Shown piece by piece: positions 1 through 12,183 of a stretch of DNA of 64,000 bases. The first letter of the stretch is position 1, and each line of letters begins with the position of its first letter. The stretch is taken from NCBI GenBank assembly GCA_037447605.1, contig CM074812.1:2914001-2978000 (forward strand), given 5' to 3'. Below the pieces are notes generated by a model. That model saw nothing but the letters and a program-made list of their open reading frames with translations. It searched no databases and was not told the origin of the DNA. The position numbers and the translations under genes were made by a program. This stretch comes from Zygnema circumcarinatum SAG 698-1b. Lineage: Eukaryota; Plantae; Zygnematophyceae.

Positions 1-759
1 GAGAGAGAGTGAGGGGCCAAGGGAGGGAAAGCGACAGAGGGAGAGGAGGGGGAGGAGGTGGAGGGGACAGGTTAAGGCAGAGTTAAAAGGGGCATGGAAA
101 GAGAGAGGAAGAGGGAGAGAGGGGCCAAGGAAAAGGGAGAGATAGAGGGAGTGGGAATTCTTTTCATATGATTAGATATTCTAAATTCCTTACTCGCATT
201 TACAACATCACATCGTGCTTGCACAATCCTTGAACTTGCATGGAAGCTCTGCTGCCTCATATTATATCAAACCCTAAAACGGGCGTACTTACAATGCTCT
301 GTCTCTCTGTCTCTCTCTCTCCCTCCCTCACTCTCTCTCTGTCTCTCTCTGTCGGCATCAGCCGCTTCCTGTCACTCTCTCACCTCCTAAGCATCTATCT
401 GACACACCACGCGCTTATTTCTCTGCAAGCTCCCTCAGAGCCGCAGAGAACAAATAAATACACAATATATATCATAAACAAGCAAATACTTTTAAAATAC
501 ATTTGAAATTAACTATTAGGTGAGAAATACATTTATATACATAATATAATATATGTATATAAAAAAACGGTCGTTCACCCTTTCCCGCCTTCACCTTCAC
601 TCCGCTTCATGGACCGGACATGTAAACAGAGGGCCTACACACAGGGGGGGGTAACTTTACAAACTACTTACAAAAATCGACAATCTCCCCCTCTCCTTCT
701 CCCTCTCCCTCTCCCTCTCCCTCTCCCTCTCCCTCTCCCGCTCCCTCTCCCTCTCCCTC

Positions 760-2052
760 TCCCTCTCCCTCTCCTTCTGCCTCTCCCTCTCCCTCTCTCT
801 CTCCTTTTGCCTCTCCCTCTCCCTCCGTCTCCCACAATCCCTTTCCCTCTTTCTCAATCCCTCCTCTCCCTCAATTCCTTTCCCTCTCCCCCTCGGCTCC
901 TCCCTCCGTCTCTTCCACTCCTTCTCCCTCTTCCTCTCTCTCTCTCTCCCTCTCCCTCTCCCTCCATGTCCCCTATTCCTTTTCCCTCACCCCCTCGGCC
1001 CTTCATCCGTCTCTCCCACTCCCTCTCCCACTGCCCCTCCCACATCACATTCCAACCAAAACTCGCTCAGTATAGCGAAACCTCCCTGTTGAATATCCAT
1101 GAAAACTTGGTCCTCCTCTCTCTCTCCCTGCCCTTCCTCTCCTTCCTCTCCCTCGCTCTCTCCGAACTTCCGAATGCGAGGTGGTAGACCTCCCACATAC
1201 TCCTGCGCTCTCCTTCCCTCCTCTGTGAGTCCTTCAATCTTTTCAACATTCCATGCTTTTACCAAATGCTCCATAATGTCTGCATAGTCTTCTGCAGTAT
1301 ACACTCCCACTCGTTGGGCTACCGATGAAAAATCGTCGAAAATATTCTCATTTTCTCCATCATACATAAAGTGAGCAGGCATTACTATCTGCTTCTTCAT
1401 CATGTCTTCAAAGGCTTGCATAGCTCCGGAAGGGTCCAACTCAAACAGCTTCTGTACTATCTTAGTATATGCAATTTCATGCCTCTTCTCATCGGCTGCA
1501 ATGATCCCACATATAATTGCCAATTTTTCATCTCCAAACTCTTTGGCATGTCTGGCAGTGTTTCCATGGGAGACAAAAGTTGCACGCTCTTGAAATGAAG
1601 TGTATACAAACCCCAAGTAGGGATTGTTTTCGGTCTTTATGTCCTGCACAACCGAGGAAGAGAAGGAGAGTATTTGAGACAGAAACGGTTGAATACAGTT
1701 TGGAATATTTGTGTTGGGTTTGAGGTTTTCCTTGTTTTATCGGGGAGAAAGGGAGAGAGAGGAGGAGAGGGGAGAGAGAAGGGGGGAGAGAGGGGGGAGA
1801 GAGGGGGAAGAGAGGGAGAGAGGGAGAGAGGGAGAGAGGGAGGGAGAGAGGAGGAGAGGGGGAGAGATGGGGGGAGTGGGAGAGAGGGAGAGGGAAGGAG
1901 AGAGGAGGAGAGGGAGAGTGAGAGGGAGAGTGAGAGGGGGAGAGAGAGGAGAGGGGGAGAGAGATGGGAGAGAGGGAGAGAGGGGGGGAGAAGAGGAGAG
2001 GGGGGAGGGGGTAGGGGAGAGGGGAGAGGGAGAGGGAGAGGGAGGACGGGGG
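760..2052 (-). pseudogene. Second copy of SAD exon 3 plus flanks with a 2-nt deletion; probable assembly duplicate
   Basis: Near-identical to about 2063-3360 and separated from it by a 10-N gap (2053-2062). It reads tctccgaacttc versus tctccgccaacttc in the intact copy, giving a frameshift near 1165. Confidence 0.75.
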
Positions 2053-2371
2053 NNNNNNNNNNTCTCCCTCTCCCTCTCCTTCTGCCTCTCCCTCTCCCTC
2101 TCTCTCTCCTTTTGCCTCTCCCTCTCCCTCCGTCTCCCACAATCCCTTTCCCTCTTTCTCAATCCCTCCTCTCCCTCAATTCCTTTCCCTCTCCCCCTCG
2201 GCTCCTCCCTCCGTCTCTTCCACTCCTTCTCCCTCTTCCTCTCTCTCTCTCTCCCTCTCCCTCTCCCTCCATGTCCCCTATTCCTTTTCCCTCACCCCCT
2301 CGGCCCTTCATCCGTCTCTCCCACTCCCTCTCCCACTGCCCCTCCCACATCACATTCCAACCAAAACTCGC

Positions 2372-5009
2372 TCAGTATAGCGAAACCTCCCTGTTGAATA
2401 TCCATGAAAACTTGGTCCTCCTCTCTCTCTCCCTGCCCTTCCTCTCCTTCCTCTCCCTCGCTCTCTCCGCCAACTTCCGAATGCGAGGTGGTAGACCTCC
2501 CACATACTCCTGCGCTCTCCTTCCCTCCTCTGTGAGTCCTTCAATCTTTTCAACATTCCATGCTTTTACCAAATGCTCCATAATGTCTGCATAGTCTTCT
2601 GCAGTATACACTCCCACTCGTTGGGCTACCGATGAAAAATCGTCGAAAATATTCTCATTTTCTCCATCATACATAAAGTGAGCAGGCATTACTATCTGCT
2701 TCTTCATCATGTCTTCAAAGGCTTGCATAGCTCCGGAAGGGTCCAACTCAAACAGCTTCTGTACTATCTTAGTATATGCAATTTCATGCCTCTTCTCATC
2801 GGCTGCAATGATCCCACATATAATTGCCAATTTTTCATCTCCAAACTCTTTGGCATGTCTGGCAGTGTTTCCATGGGAGACAAAAGTTGCACGCTCTTGA
2901 AATGAAGTGTATACAAACCCCAAGTAGGGATTGTTTTCGGTCTTTATGTCCTGCACAACCGAGGAAGAGAAGGAGAGTATTTGAGACAGAAACGGTTGAA
3001 TACAGTTTGGAATATTTGTGTTGGGTTTGAGGTTTTCCTTGTTTTATCGGGGAGAAAGGGAGAGAGAGGAGGAGAGGGGAGAGAGAAGGGGGGAGAGAGG
3101 GGGGAGAGAGGGGGGAAGAGAGGGAGAGAGGGAGAGAGGGAGAGAGGGAGGGAGAGAGGAGGAGAGGGGGAGAGATGGGGGGAGTGGGAGAGAGGGAGAG
3201 GGAAGGAGAGAGGAGGAGAGGGAGAGTGAGAGGGAGAGTGAGAGGGGGAGAGAGAGGAGAGGGGGAGAGAGATGGGAGAGAGGGAGAGAGGGGGGGAGAA
3301 GAGGAGAGGGGGGAGGGGGTAGGGGAGAGGGGAGAGGGAGAGGGAGAGGGAGGACGGGGGAGGGAGAGGGATGGAAAGTGGGAGAGAAAGTGGGAGAGAA
3401 AATGGGAGAGGGTCTGAGGTCTGCGGTTTGCATAGAATGAGAGACACGTCAGTAAAAAGCGCTGGCATAAACTTTAACCCCATCACAAGACCAAAAAAAA
3501 TCAAAAAATGTACTTTGTAAACAAGCAGCAAGACTCCCCAGAGATCTCAAAAGAGAATAACCTTTTACTTAATCTTAACCTTTTTTTAAATTTAATTAAA
3601 CACTTACCATTCCAGAGCCCATGAGATATTGAATGGTCTTCTCCATTGCCTTCATATTCACTCTCCCCGTGAGATACAAATACTTATTCAAAAGATCGCC
3701 ATGTCGATTCTCCTCCGCCGTCCATCTGCGAGTCCAAATTGCAAAGGGAGAGAGACTTGCTCCCGACTCATCTCTCACTCCATCAAAAGTATTCAACATG
3801 GTTTGATATGTGGGGAGAGCTTCCTCTGTGATAGTATCCCCCACTAAACAGACCAAATAATCATCTGGAAGGTTCGAAGATCGCTCCCTTAGCTCTTTAA
3901 CTTGGTCTAAAAAGTCTTCATTTTGAGGGTGAGGGAGGTAATCCTGAGGTTGCCAGCTCTTCTCTACCGGCTTAAGAAGGGGAAGGAGAGTTTCTTCTGC
4001 CCAGGGCTGCAAGTGGTGAACAATTTCGAGTTGTTTTGGAGAGATTGTGTGAGTGAGAGGCTCTTTGGAAGCAAATTTTGGACCCTTTTTTATGAGAGTG
4101 GGCTTCTCAGTTTCAGTCACAATGGTCCTGCACCAGAAAATGGGTCAAAATTCGAACTTTCAGAAAGGGAATGAGGAAACTAATCTCTCTTGAGGTTTTC
4201 CTTGGTTTATAGGTAAAAAAGGGAGAGAGGAGAGAGAGGAGAGGGGATGGGGAAGGGGGAGGGAGGGCGAGGGGAAGAGAGGGGAGAGGAGAGGGGGGAG
4301 AGAGGTGGGGAAGAGAGGGAGAGAAGGGAAGAGAAGGAGAGAGGAGAAGTGGGGAGAGAGGGCGGAGAGAGGGAGAGAGGGGGGAAAGGGGGAGAGTGAG
4401 GGAGAGGGAGGAAGATACTTCACATTTAAGAGACTTCAAGAAACATAGAAACTTGAAGAGCGCCAACAACAGTAAAACCGTAAATCCAAGAACCAACAGA
4501 AAACCTTTCCACACAAAGAGAGTAGATTGATGGCATCTCTCCCATTAATCAGACCTCCAATATCTCCCGCAACAGCAACCATCCTCACCTCCTGAACCAC
4601 CTCCCTTCCTTCCCCCCCAGGGAGGGAGAGAGGGAGGGGGGTAGCAGAGAGCGATTTTGGATTCGTGGACACTTCCTTCCAAGATGCAAATTTTGTCTCA
4701 GATGGAAACACTGCCAGGCATCCCAAAGACTTTGGTGATGCAGAACATTGCATCAAGAAAGATCATTCTATGTATACAGCACTCTCTCCCTCCCTCCCTC
4801 CCTCCCTCCCTCCCTCCGCCTCTCTACCTTGCAGGCAGAGTCCCTGTCATCTTCGTCTCCCCTTTGTGGCCTTTCACTCCCTTCCTTCCCACCACCCGCC
4901 TACCTCCTCCAAAGTCCGCCACGTGGCCCAATCCCATTCCCCCCCGAACCACCTTCCATGGCTCTGCCATTGCAGCAATGGCTGCTCCGACCGTCCACAT
5001 GCCTGCCAT
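2372..5009 (-). CDS. SAD: Plastid soluble acyl-[ACP] desaturase (stearoyl-ACP desaturase family), 3 exons, about 426 aa
   Basis: Exons 5009-4828 (transit-peptide-like, ends AG|gtagag), 4127-3608 (tgcag|G...ATG|gtaagt) and 2950-2372 (tgcag|GAC...TGA). Phases are compatible and the total is 1281 nt. Diiron motifs [20 protein letters not shown] and DEKRH are present, plus a C-terminal FSWIFNREV. The intron at GSGM|D matches the usual plant SAD position. The exon 1 start is the least certain part. Confidence 0.95.
4655..4742 (+). pseudogene. Inverted fragment of an acyl-ACP desaturase coding exon inside SAD intron 1
   Basis: Plus strand translates [28 protein letters not shown] versus [29 protein letters not shown] in SAD exon 3. 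About 80% nt identity by eye, with one 3-nt gap. Confidence 0.85.
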
Positions 5010-5739
5010 TCTCTTACCCCTCCCTCCCTCCTTTCTCTCTCCCTCTCTCGCTCTCCCGCTCTCTCCCTCTCTCCCCCTCCCTCTCTCCCACTCTCTCTCC
5101 CTCTCTCCACTCTCACTCTGCCGCTCTCTCTCCCTCTCTCTCCCCGTCTCTCTATTTCCCTCTGCCGGTCTCTCTATCTCCCTCTATCTTCCTCTCCCTC
5201 TCTCACGCTCTCCCTCTCTCTCCCTCTCCCTCTCTCTTCCCACTGCCCCTGACTCCCTCTCTCCTTGCCTCCCTCTCTCACCCCCCCCCTCCCTCCCTCC
5301 CTCGCCCTCTCTCTCCCTCTCCCTCCCTCCCTCTCTTTCCCTCCCTCTCTTTCCCTCCCTCTCTCTCCCTCCCTCCCTCTCTCTCGCTCTCTCTCTCCCT
5401 TCCTCTCTCCCTCCCTCCGTCCCTCTCTCCCTCCCTCCCTCCCTGAAGTCGAACCTCCGTCTGCCTCTTCGCCCTTTCCTTATTCCTTAAGTCACAAATG
5501 GCTCAAAGGTGGGATCTTTACCGCCTCCTTCTTGCAAGTGCATGTCCGTACGGTCCCTTGCCGTCTTCTCCCTTGGCAGTTGGCGGTTGTTTCACCTTAT
5601 ACTCACATAAATCTACTTAAAGTTAATTTAACCTTCTTAAAGTTATTTAAAATTACTTTAACAAATCAGATCTTTCCCTAAAGGGCTTTCTCTCTGCCTT
5701 CCATTTTAAGAACCGCAGCTGATATGCCACGTCACAACA

Positions 5740-5830
5740 TTTAGCCAATCATGGCCCGCCACGTGCAGTTTTTTGTCATTTGAAGTCAATATTGATGACG
5801 TGGCGTGTTATCATTGGTTGGTTGTTTTTA
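5740..5830 (-). promoter_or_regulatory. Candidate SAD upstream elements (CCAAT boxes, G-box/ACGT)
   Basis: agccaatc, gccacgtg, tgacgtgg and cattggtt cluster about 750 bp upstream of the inferred ATG. Confidence 0.3.
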
Positions 5831-6743
5831 ACCATCAATGAGGTTTCGCTAGGAGCCGTCCATTTCCCAAAGGACGACTTCTCCTTTTGACGCGATTCGA
5901 TTTGGTACGGGCACAGCCATTGTCATTTTGAGCCGTCCGATGATCTTTAGACGTATGTGAGATCCCATCGTCGTCAGGTCGGAATGTAGGTTAGAGGTAA
6001 TGGCACAGCGCGATCCACGATTGTTGATCTCAGCCGTTCATCTTGACCTTACGGCATTTTGAGATGTGGAAATCGCCGGAATAGTCCATCTTGAGTTGCA
6101 AGATGGACTGTAAGTTGCTCTGTAGGGTACCAGCCATTGATTAGTTCTACAGTTCTAGTTGAACTAAATTTCCGTAACTGAACTCCTAAATCCGTAATAT
6201 GAAACATACCGTAGAAGTTTCCCCCCCAACAAAAGGCCAAAAAATCGTCTTGAAAGATAGATTCCAGCACACTTTGGTACTTTTTATTTTTCTGCTCAGA
6301 ACTCAGGAAGCCAACCGTGTTCCGACGGTCGAATACCCACAACAGGTTTTTGGTTTTCGCCAAAAAACCTCAAAATTTCTAAAACCGGTAGGAAGTTTGA
6401 GACCCTAAATCCTGCGAGCGGGCAGCAGGAAGTTAGGGTTTGTGATCAAAACTGAAATGTTAAAGCCGTGTTGGAACCACTGCAGCTATACACCTCAAGC
6501 CTTTCTCTTTCTTTCTCACTCTCTCTCTCTTTTTCTTACCCACTATCTCCCTCTCCCTCTCTCTCTCGCACGTTGCCTCCTTCGAGGGTACGCTACTCCC
6601 AAAATTTCCCTCTACTTGTCGTAGAGCCACACTCTCTCTCTCCCTTCTTTCTTTGCCACTCTCTCTCGCTGGTCGCCTCATAAGCGCCTCCTTATGGGAA
6701 TGCTACTCCCAAGGTATCCCTCTACTTGTTATAGAACCCCCCC

Positions 6744-7415
6744 CTATTTCTCTCTCTTTCTCTCTCTTCCCCCTCCCTCTCCCCCTTCACACAGTATTCC
6801 GCTCTTTTTCAAGTGAACCCTTTCCCTCACTCCTCTCACACTTCCCTCTCCCCTTCCGCTCTTTTTTTCAAACAAACTCTGTCCTTCTCCCTCCCTCACC
6901 TTCTTCCACTTTCCTCCCTCTTCCCTCCTCTCCTCTCTTCCCCTCCTCCTCGTCTCCCTCTCCCATCCCCACTCACTTTCGTTTCTCTCTTCCACTTCTT
7001 CTTCCTCTTCTCCTTCCTCCTTCCTTCCTCCTTCTTCCTTCTCTTCTTCTCCTTCCTTCTCTCCTTCTTCTCTTCCTTCTTCTTCTTCCTTCTTCTTCCT
7101 TCTTCTTCTTTCTTTCTTCTTCTTCTTTCCTTTCTTTCCTTCTTCTTCTTCCTTTTTCTTCTTCTTCTTCTTCTTCTTCTTCTCTCTTCTTCTTTTCCTT
7201 CTCCTCGTTTCGTTTTCTTCTTCCCTTCTTCCTTCTCCTTCTCCTCTCCTGACTCCCTCACCCTCTCCCTCCCTCCCCAGCGGCAGGTCGAACGCCCCCA
7301 TGAGCGCGAGGCAGGTCTCGGTGGTGGCGAGAGAGGGGCACCGCTCGAGGGCGGAGGGCGGATCGCTCAAATCCTCGAACTCCTCCTCCTGCTCTGAAGC
7401 CCCCAACATCTCCAA
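6744..7415 (-). CDS. Possible acidic/basic low-complexity protein (unverified)
   Basis: About 45 non-repetitive codons (EEEFEDLSDPPSALERCPSLATTETCLALMGAFDLPLG) follow a telo-box-like tagggttt, then a (GAA)n-derived K/E tract. No family recognised. Confidence 0.2.
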   Translation of the reverse strand: MEMLGASEQEEEFEDLSDPPSALERCPSLATTETCLALMGAFDLPLGREGEGEGVRRGEGEGRREEENETRRRKRRREKKKKKKKKKKEEEEGKKGKKKKKERRRRKKKEEEEGREEGEKEGEEEKEEGGRKEEGEEEEEVEERNESEWGWERETRRRGREERREEGGKWKKVREGEGQSLFEKKSGRGEGSVRGVRERVHLKKSGILCEGGEGGGRERKREK

Positions 7416-7855
7416 ACCCTAATTTCATCTCAAATCGCAACGGCAATTGGGTTCAAATTTTACCCTTTTTTTTATTTTTGCGTTCAGGGCGAATGACGGG
7501 ACCTGAACAAACTCCTTCAATGTTAATTTCGTTTAGTTTAGTTCTAAGCTATTTAATGCTCTGTGCATTCCTGTGGCCAAGTAAGCAAATCTGTAGGAAT
7601 AGAAATTGCCTTTATTGTCCCGCTCCCAAAAGACCCTGTGAAAACGCTGTAAATCTCGAGTAAAGAGTGGCAGAGCGAGAGAGGCGGCGGCGGCGGCGGT
7701 TAAAAGTATATTATGAGAGAGAGAGAGAGAGAGGCAGGCAGGCAGGTGCAGGCGGCAGGCGGCAGGCGGCAGGCAGAGAAAAAAAGAAAAAAAGGAAAAA
7801 AGTATAAAAAGAAAAAGAAGAAAAGAAAAAGGTAAAGAAAAGGGTGTTTGAGAGT

Positions 7856-7929
<74 letters not shown>

Positions 7930-7989
7930 AAAACGCTACAAATTATACAAACCCTAGAGACCCTAAGAATCTTACATACCTTACCAACC

Positions 7990-10900
7990 CTGGAAAGCTT
8001 ACAAATTTCGAACCCAAACAACTCTAGAATCCCTACAAACCCTAGGAACATCCAAAAAGAGGAGTTTTTAAGGGTCCAAAAAGGGCTTAAAAAGGAGAGG
8101 AGAGGAGGTAGCCCACCAGTGAGGAGGGCGGCGAGTTCGGGGTCATCGAGAACGGAACTGTTCTGCATAGAACACCCTGCATTCTCCTCTACTACCTCGG
8201 AGAGAGAGGCCTCCATTTTCTCTCCCTCCAGCGCTGAGGGGCTCCCACATCCTAAAGTTAAGTCGGTAGGAACGGGAGGGGGGAGGGGTTCCATGTTATA
8301 TGGGGGGGCCCTCATTGTTATTTCTTCGGATTCGTTGAATTTCTGTAATGCTTTTTGAGTTTTAGATATCGAGGATCGATGAAGAATAGTTGCGACGATT
8401 TCCGGGGCTAAGTACTCTCCGTTCTTGAGGCGGACCCGGGGGAGGGAGGGAGGGAGAGAGGGAGGGAGAGAGGAAAGGAGAGGGGTGAAAGAGGAGCTGG
8501 AGAGATGAAAGGGGGAGGGAGAGGGGCAGGGAGACGGAGATGAGAAGGGCGGAGGACGAGAGGGAGGGGAGAGGGAGAGAGGTCCTTCGATGAGAGTGGG
8601 AGTGAGAGGGCGGGGTACTATGAGTTGGTGTGTGGGATATGCAGGATTGGGGGTATTGCAGGCGGAGGAAGGTGGAGGGAGAGGGAGGGGGGGAGGGAGA
8701 GAGAGAGAGAGGTGGGAGGGGCCGACGTCAAGAGCAGGGGGTGGAGGTGGAAGGAAGTGGGAGTTGGGAGGTGGGAGGAGGGAGAAGTCAGAGTAGGATG
8801 GAGGGAGGGAGGGAGAAGGAGAGTGAGGGATATTGGGCAGGAGGAAGTTGGGAGAAGGTGTGGATGTGTGAGTGGACGGAACGGGTGCATGGAACGAGTT
8901 AGGGTTGGGGATGTCCGTAGGGGAATAGGGGGAGAGGGAGTAGGGAGGGGGGGAAGGGGAGGAGGACGAGGATGGGAGGAGGAGAGAGAGATGCTGGCAG
9001 GGTGAAGTGAGAGAGGAGGGAGTGAAACAAGGGTGCGACGCTTTGCATGGGCGAAGTAGCTGAAAAATTACAAAATCCAGAGGTAGAGGGAGGGCGAGGG
9101 GGAGATAGAGATAGAGATAGAGATAGAGATAGAGAGAGAGAGGGAGAGCGAGCGAGCGAGAGAGAGAGAGAGAGAAAATGAGTGAAACTAGAAACTTCAC
9201 GAAAGATGCGATAAACATAATACAGTATAATCAAAACAAACGCCGAGAGACAGAGTGAGAGAAGGAGACAAAGACAGGAAGAGCGAGAGCGACAGAAAGG
9301 GAGAGGGAGGGAGGGCGAGGAAAGCGAAAGGAGAGGGAGAGATGGAGACGGACAATTGGAGAGGAGAGAGGAAGTGAGAGGGAGATAGAGTGTTGCTTAA
9401 GAAATACGCACCAACTTCCCTTCTTCAGATTTGCAGAAGCAAATTCGATCCCCAACTGTCAGGCAGTGCGTGCGCATGAATTCGCCTGAATTTAAAAAGT
9501 ATAAAAAAGAAAATTAACAAGGGTGGGGGGGGGGGGTTGCACCCTTTTCCTTTTTTGGAGAAACGTTTATTTTTTTTTTGGAATGAAAAAAAAAAGTGAA
9601 AGGAAGTACAGACCTGCCCCCTCGAGAACGTACATTCTGCTCTTATTTTGCCAATACCTGCGCCCCCTCCAAAGAGTGGGAAGAAAGCAATAGAAGTGAG
9701 GCAAGTGATCTTTATTGGGTAAATGGTAGAGAATGGGAGAAAGGAAAGAGAGGGAGAGTTAGAGGGTGTTGTAGATGTCAGAGTAGAGAGTAAAGGGAGA
9801 GAGCGAGAGAATTAGAGGGAGCTGTGGTTGTCAGAGTAGAGTAAAGAGACAAAGAGGGAGTACAGATGAAATTAGAGGGAGCTATAGTTGGCAGTGTAAC
9901 GAGTGGAGAGAGAGGGAGAGNNNNNNNNNNAAACCCTAGGAACATCCAAAAAGAGGAGTTTTTAAGGGTCCAAAAAGGGCTTAAAAAGGAGAGGAGAGGA
10001 GGTAGCCCACCAGTGAGGAGGGCGGCGAGTTCGGGGTCATCGAGAACGGAACTGTTCTGCATAGAACACCCTGCATTCTCCTCTACTACCTCGGAGAGAG
10101 AGGCCTCCATTTTCTCTCCCTCCAGCGCTGAGGGGCTCCCACATCCTAAAGTTAAGTCGGTAGGAACGGGAGGGGGGAGGGGTTCCATGTTATATGGGGG
10201 GGCCCTCATTGTTATTTCTTCGGATTCGTTGAATTTCTGTAATGCTTTTTGAGTTTTAGATATCGAGGATCGATGAAGAATAGTTGCGACGATTTCCGGG
10301 GCTAAGTACTCTCCGTTCTTGAGGCGGACCCGGGGGAGGGAGGGAGGGAGAGAGGGAGGGAGAGAGGAAAGGAGAGGGGTGAAAGAGGAGCTGGAGAGAT
10401 GAAAGGGGGAGGGAGAGGGGCAGGGAGACGGAGATGAGAAGGGCGGAGGACGAGAGGGAGGGGAGAGGGAGAGAGGTCCTTCGATGAGAGTGGGAGTGAG
10501 AGGGCGGGGTACTATGAGTTGGTGTGTGGGATATGCAGGATTGGGGGTATTGCAGGCGGAGGAAGGTGGAGGGAGAGGGAGGGGGGGAGGGAGAGAGAGA
10601 GAGAGGTGGGAGGGGCCGACGTCAAGAGCAGGGGGTGGAGGTGGAAGGAAGTGGGAGTTGGGAGGTGGGAGGAGGGAGAAGTCAGAGTAGGATGGAGGGA
10701 GGGAGGGAGAAGGAGAGTGAGGGATATTGGGCAGGAGGAAGTTGGGAGAAGGTGTGGATGTGTGAGTGGACGGAACGGGTGCATGGAACGAGTTAGGGTT
10801 GGGGATGTCCGTAGGGGAATAGGGGGAGAGGGAGTAGGGAGGGGGGGAAGGGGAGGAGGACGAGGATGGGAGGAGGAGAGAGAGATGCTGGCAGGGTGAA

Positions 10901-12152
10901 GTGAGAGAGGAGGGAGTGAAACAAGGGTGCGACGCTTTGCATGGGCGAAGTAGCTGAAAAATTACAAAATCCAGAGGTAGAGGGAGGGCGAGGGGGAGAT
11001 AGAGATAGAGATAGAGATAGAGATAGAGAGAGAGAGGGAGAGCGAGCGAGCGAGAGAGAGAGAGAGAGAAAATGAGTGAAACTAGAAACTTCACGAAAGA
11101 TGCGATAAACATAATACAGTATAATCAAAACAAACGCCGAGAGACAGAGTGAGAGAAGGAGACAAAGACAGGAAGAGCGAGAGCGACAGAAAGGGAGAGG
11201 GAGGGAGGGCGAGGAAAGCGAAAGGAGAGGGAGAGATGGAGACGGACAATTGGAGAGGAGAGAGGAAGTGAGAGGGAGATAGAGTGTTGCTTAAGAAATA
11301 CGCACCAACTTCCCTTCTTCAGATTTGCAGAAGCAAATTCGATCCCCAACTGTCAGGCAGTGCGTGCGCATGAATTCGCCTGAATTTAAAAAGTATAAAA
11401 AAGAAAAAATTAACAAGGGTGGGGGGGGGGGGTTGCACCCTTTTCCTTTTTTGGAGAAACGTTTATTTTTTTTTTGGAATGAAAAAAAAAAGTGAAAGGA
11501 AGTACAGACCTGCCCCCTCGAGAACGTACATTCTGCTCTTATTTTGCCAATACCTGCGCCCCCTCCAAAGAGTGGGAAGAAAGCAATAGAAGTGAGGCAA
11601 GTGATCTTTATTGGGTAAATGGTAGAGAATGGGAGAAAGGAAAGAGAGGGAGAGTTAGAGGGTGTTGTAGATGTCAGAGTAGAGAGTAAAGGGAGAGAGC
11701 GAGAGAATTAGAGGGAGCTGTGGTTGTCAGAGTAGAGTAAAGAGACAAAGAGGGAGTACAGATGAAATTAGAGGGAGCTATAGTTGGCAGTGTAACGAGT
11801 GGAGAGAGAGGGAGAGAGAGAGAGAGAGAGGGGGTGAGGTAAGGAATTTTCTGGAGAGGTATCTACACAGAAATCGATGTTTGCAACTTCAATTTTTTTT
11901 TTCCTTTTTTTTAATTTTTACCTCAACCGAAACAGCCAATCGCGACCGAATCCGTCACCCATGTGCACATTTACGCCCTCCTTGTGACCGATCGGAGGAA
12001 GGTATTTTTCGGCTGCCCGCTGCCTCCCAAAAAGGATCCCAAAACATTTTCGGGCAGTGCTTTGATGAAACCCTAAAAAAATCTGAAATTTCAAAGTTGC
12101 AGTAAGAGCACTCGGGTCGTTAGGAAAATAACCAATACTACAAAGTGGCTCT

Positions 12153-12183
<31 letters not shown>

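Noticed and set aside
760-3360. Apparent tandem SAD exon-3 duplication (second gene or alternative last exon)
   Set aside because: The copies are near-identical including introns, abut a 10-N gap, and one has a 2-nt error; this is typical of an unmerged contig overlap.
6049-6408. Short complex-sequence ORFs (104 aa minus, 69 aa plus)
   Set aside because: No recognisable domain or convincing splice context.
6575-6745. About 110-bp diverged direct repeat (ctcctt...gctactcccaa...ccctctacttgt)
   Set aside because: Only two copies and no associated structure or function evident.
8370-8440. EYLAPEIV resembling kinase subdomain VIII
   Set aside because: No other kinase motifs (HRD, DFG, VAIK) nearby; it lies in the B3 gene's low-complexity tail.
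8037-11817. Apparent duplication of the B3 3' exons
   Set aside because: Same pattern around the 9921-9930 gap; the differences are only homopolymer lengths.
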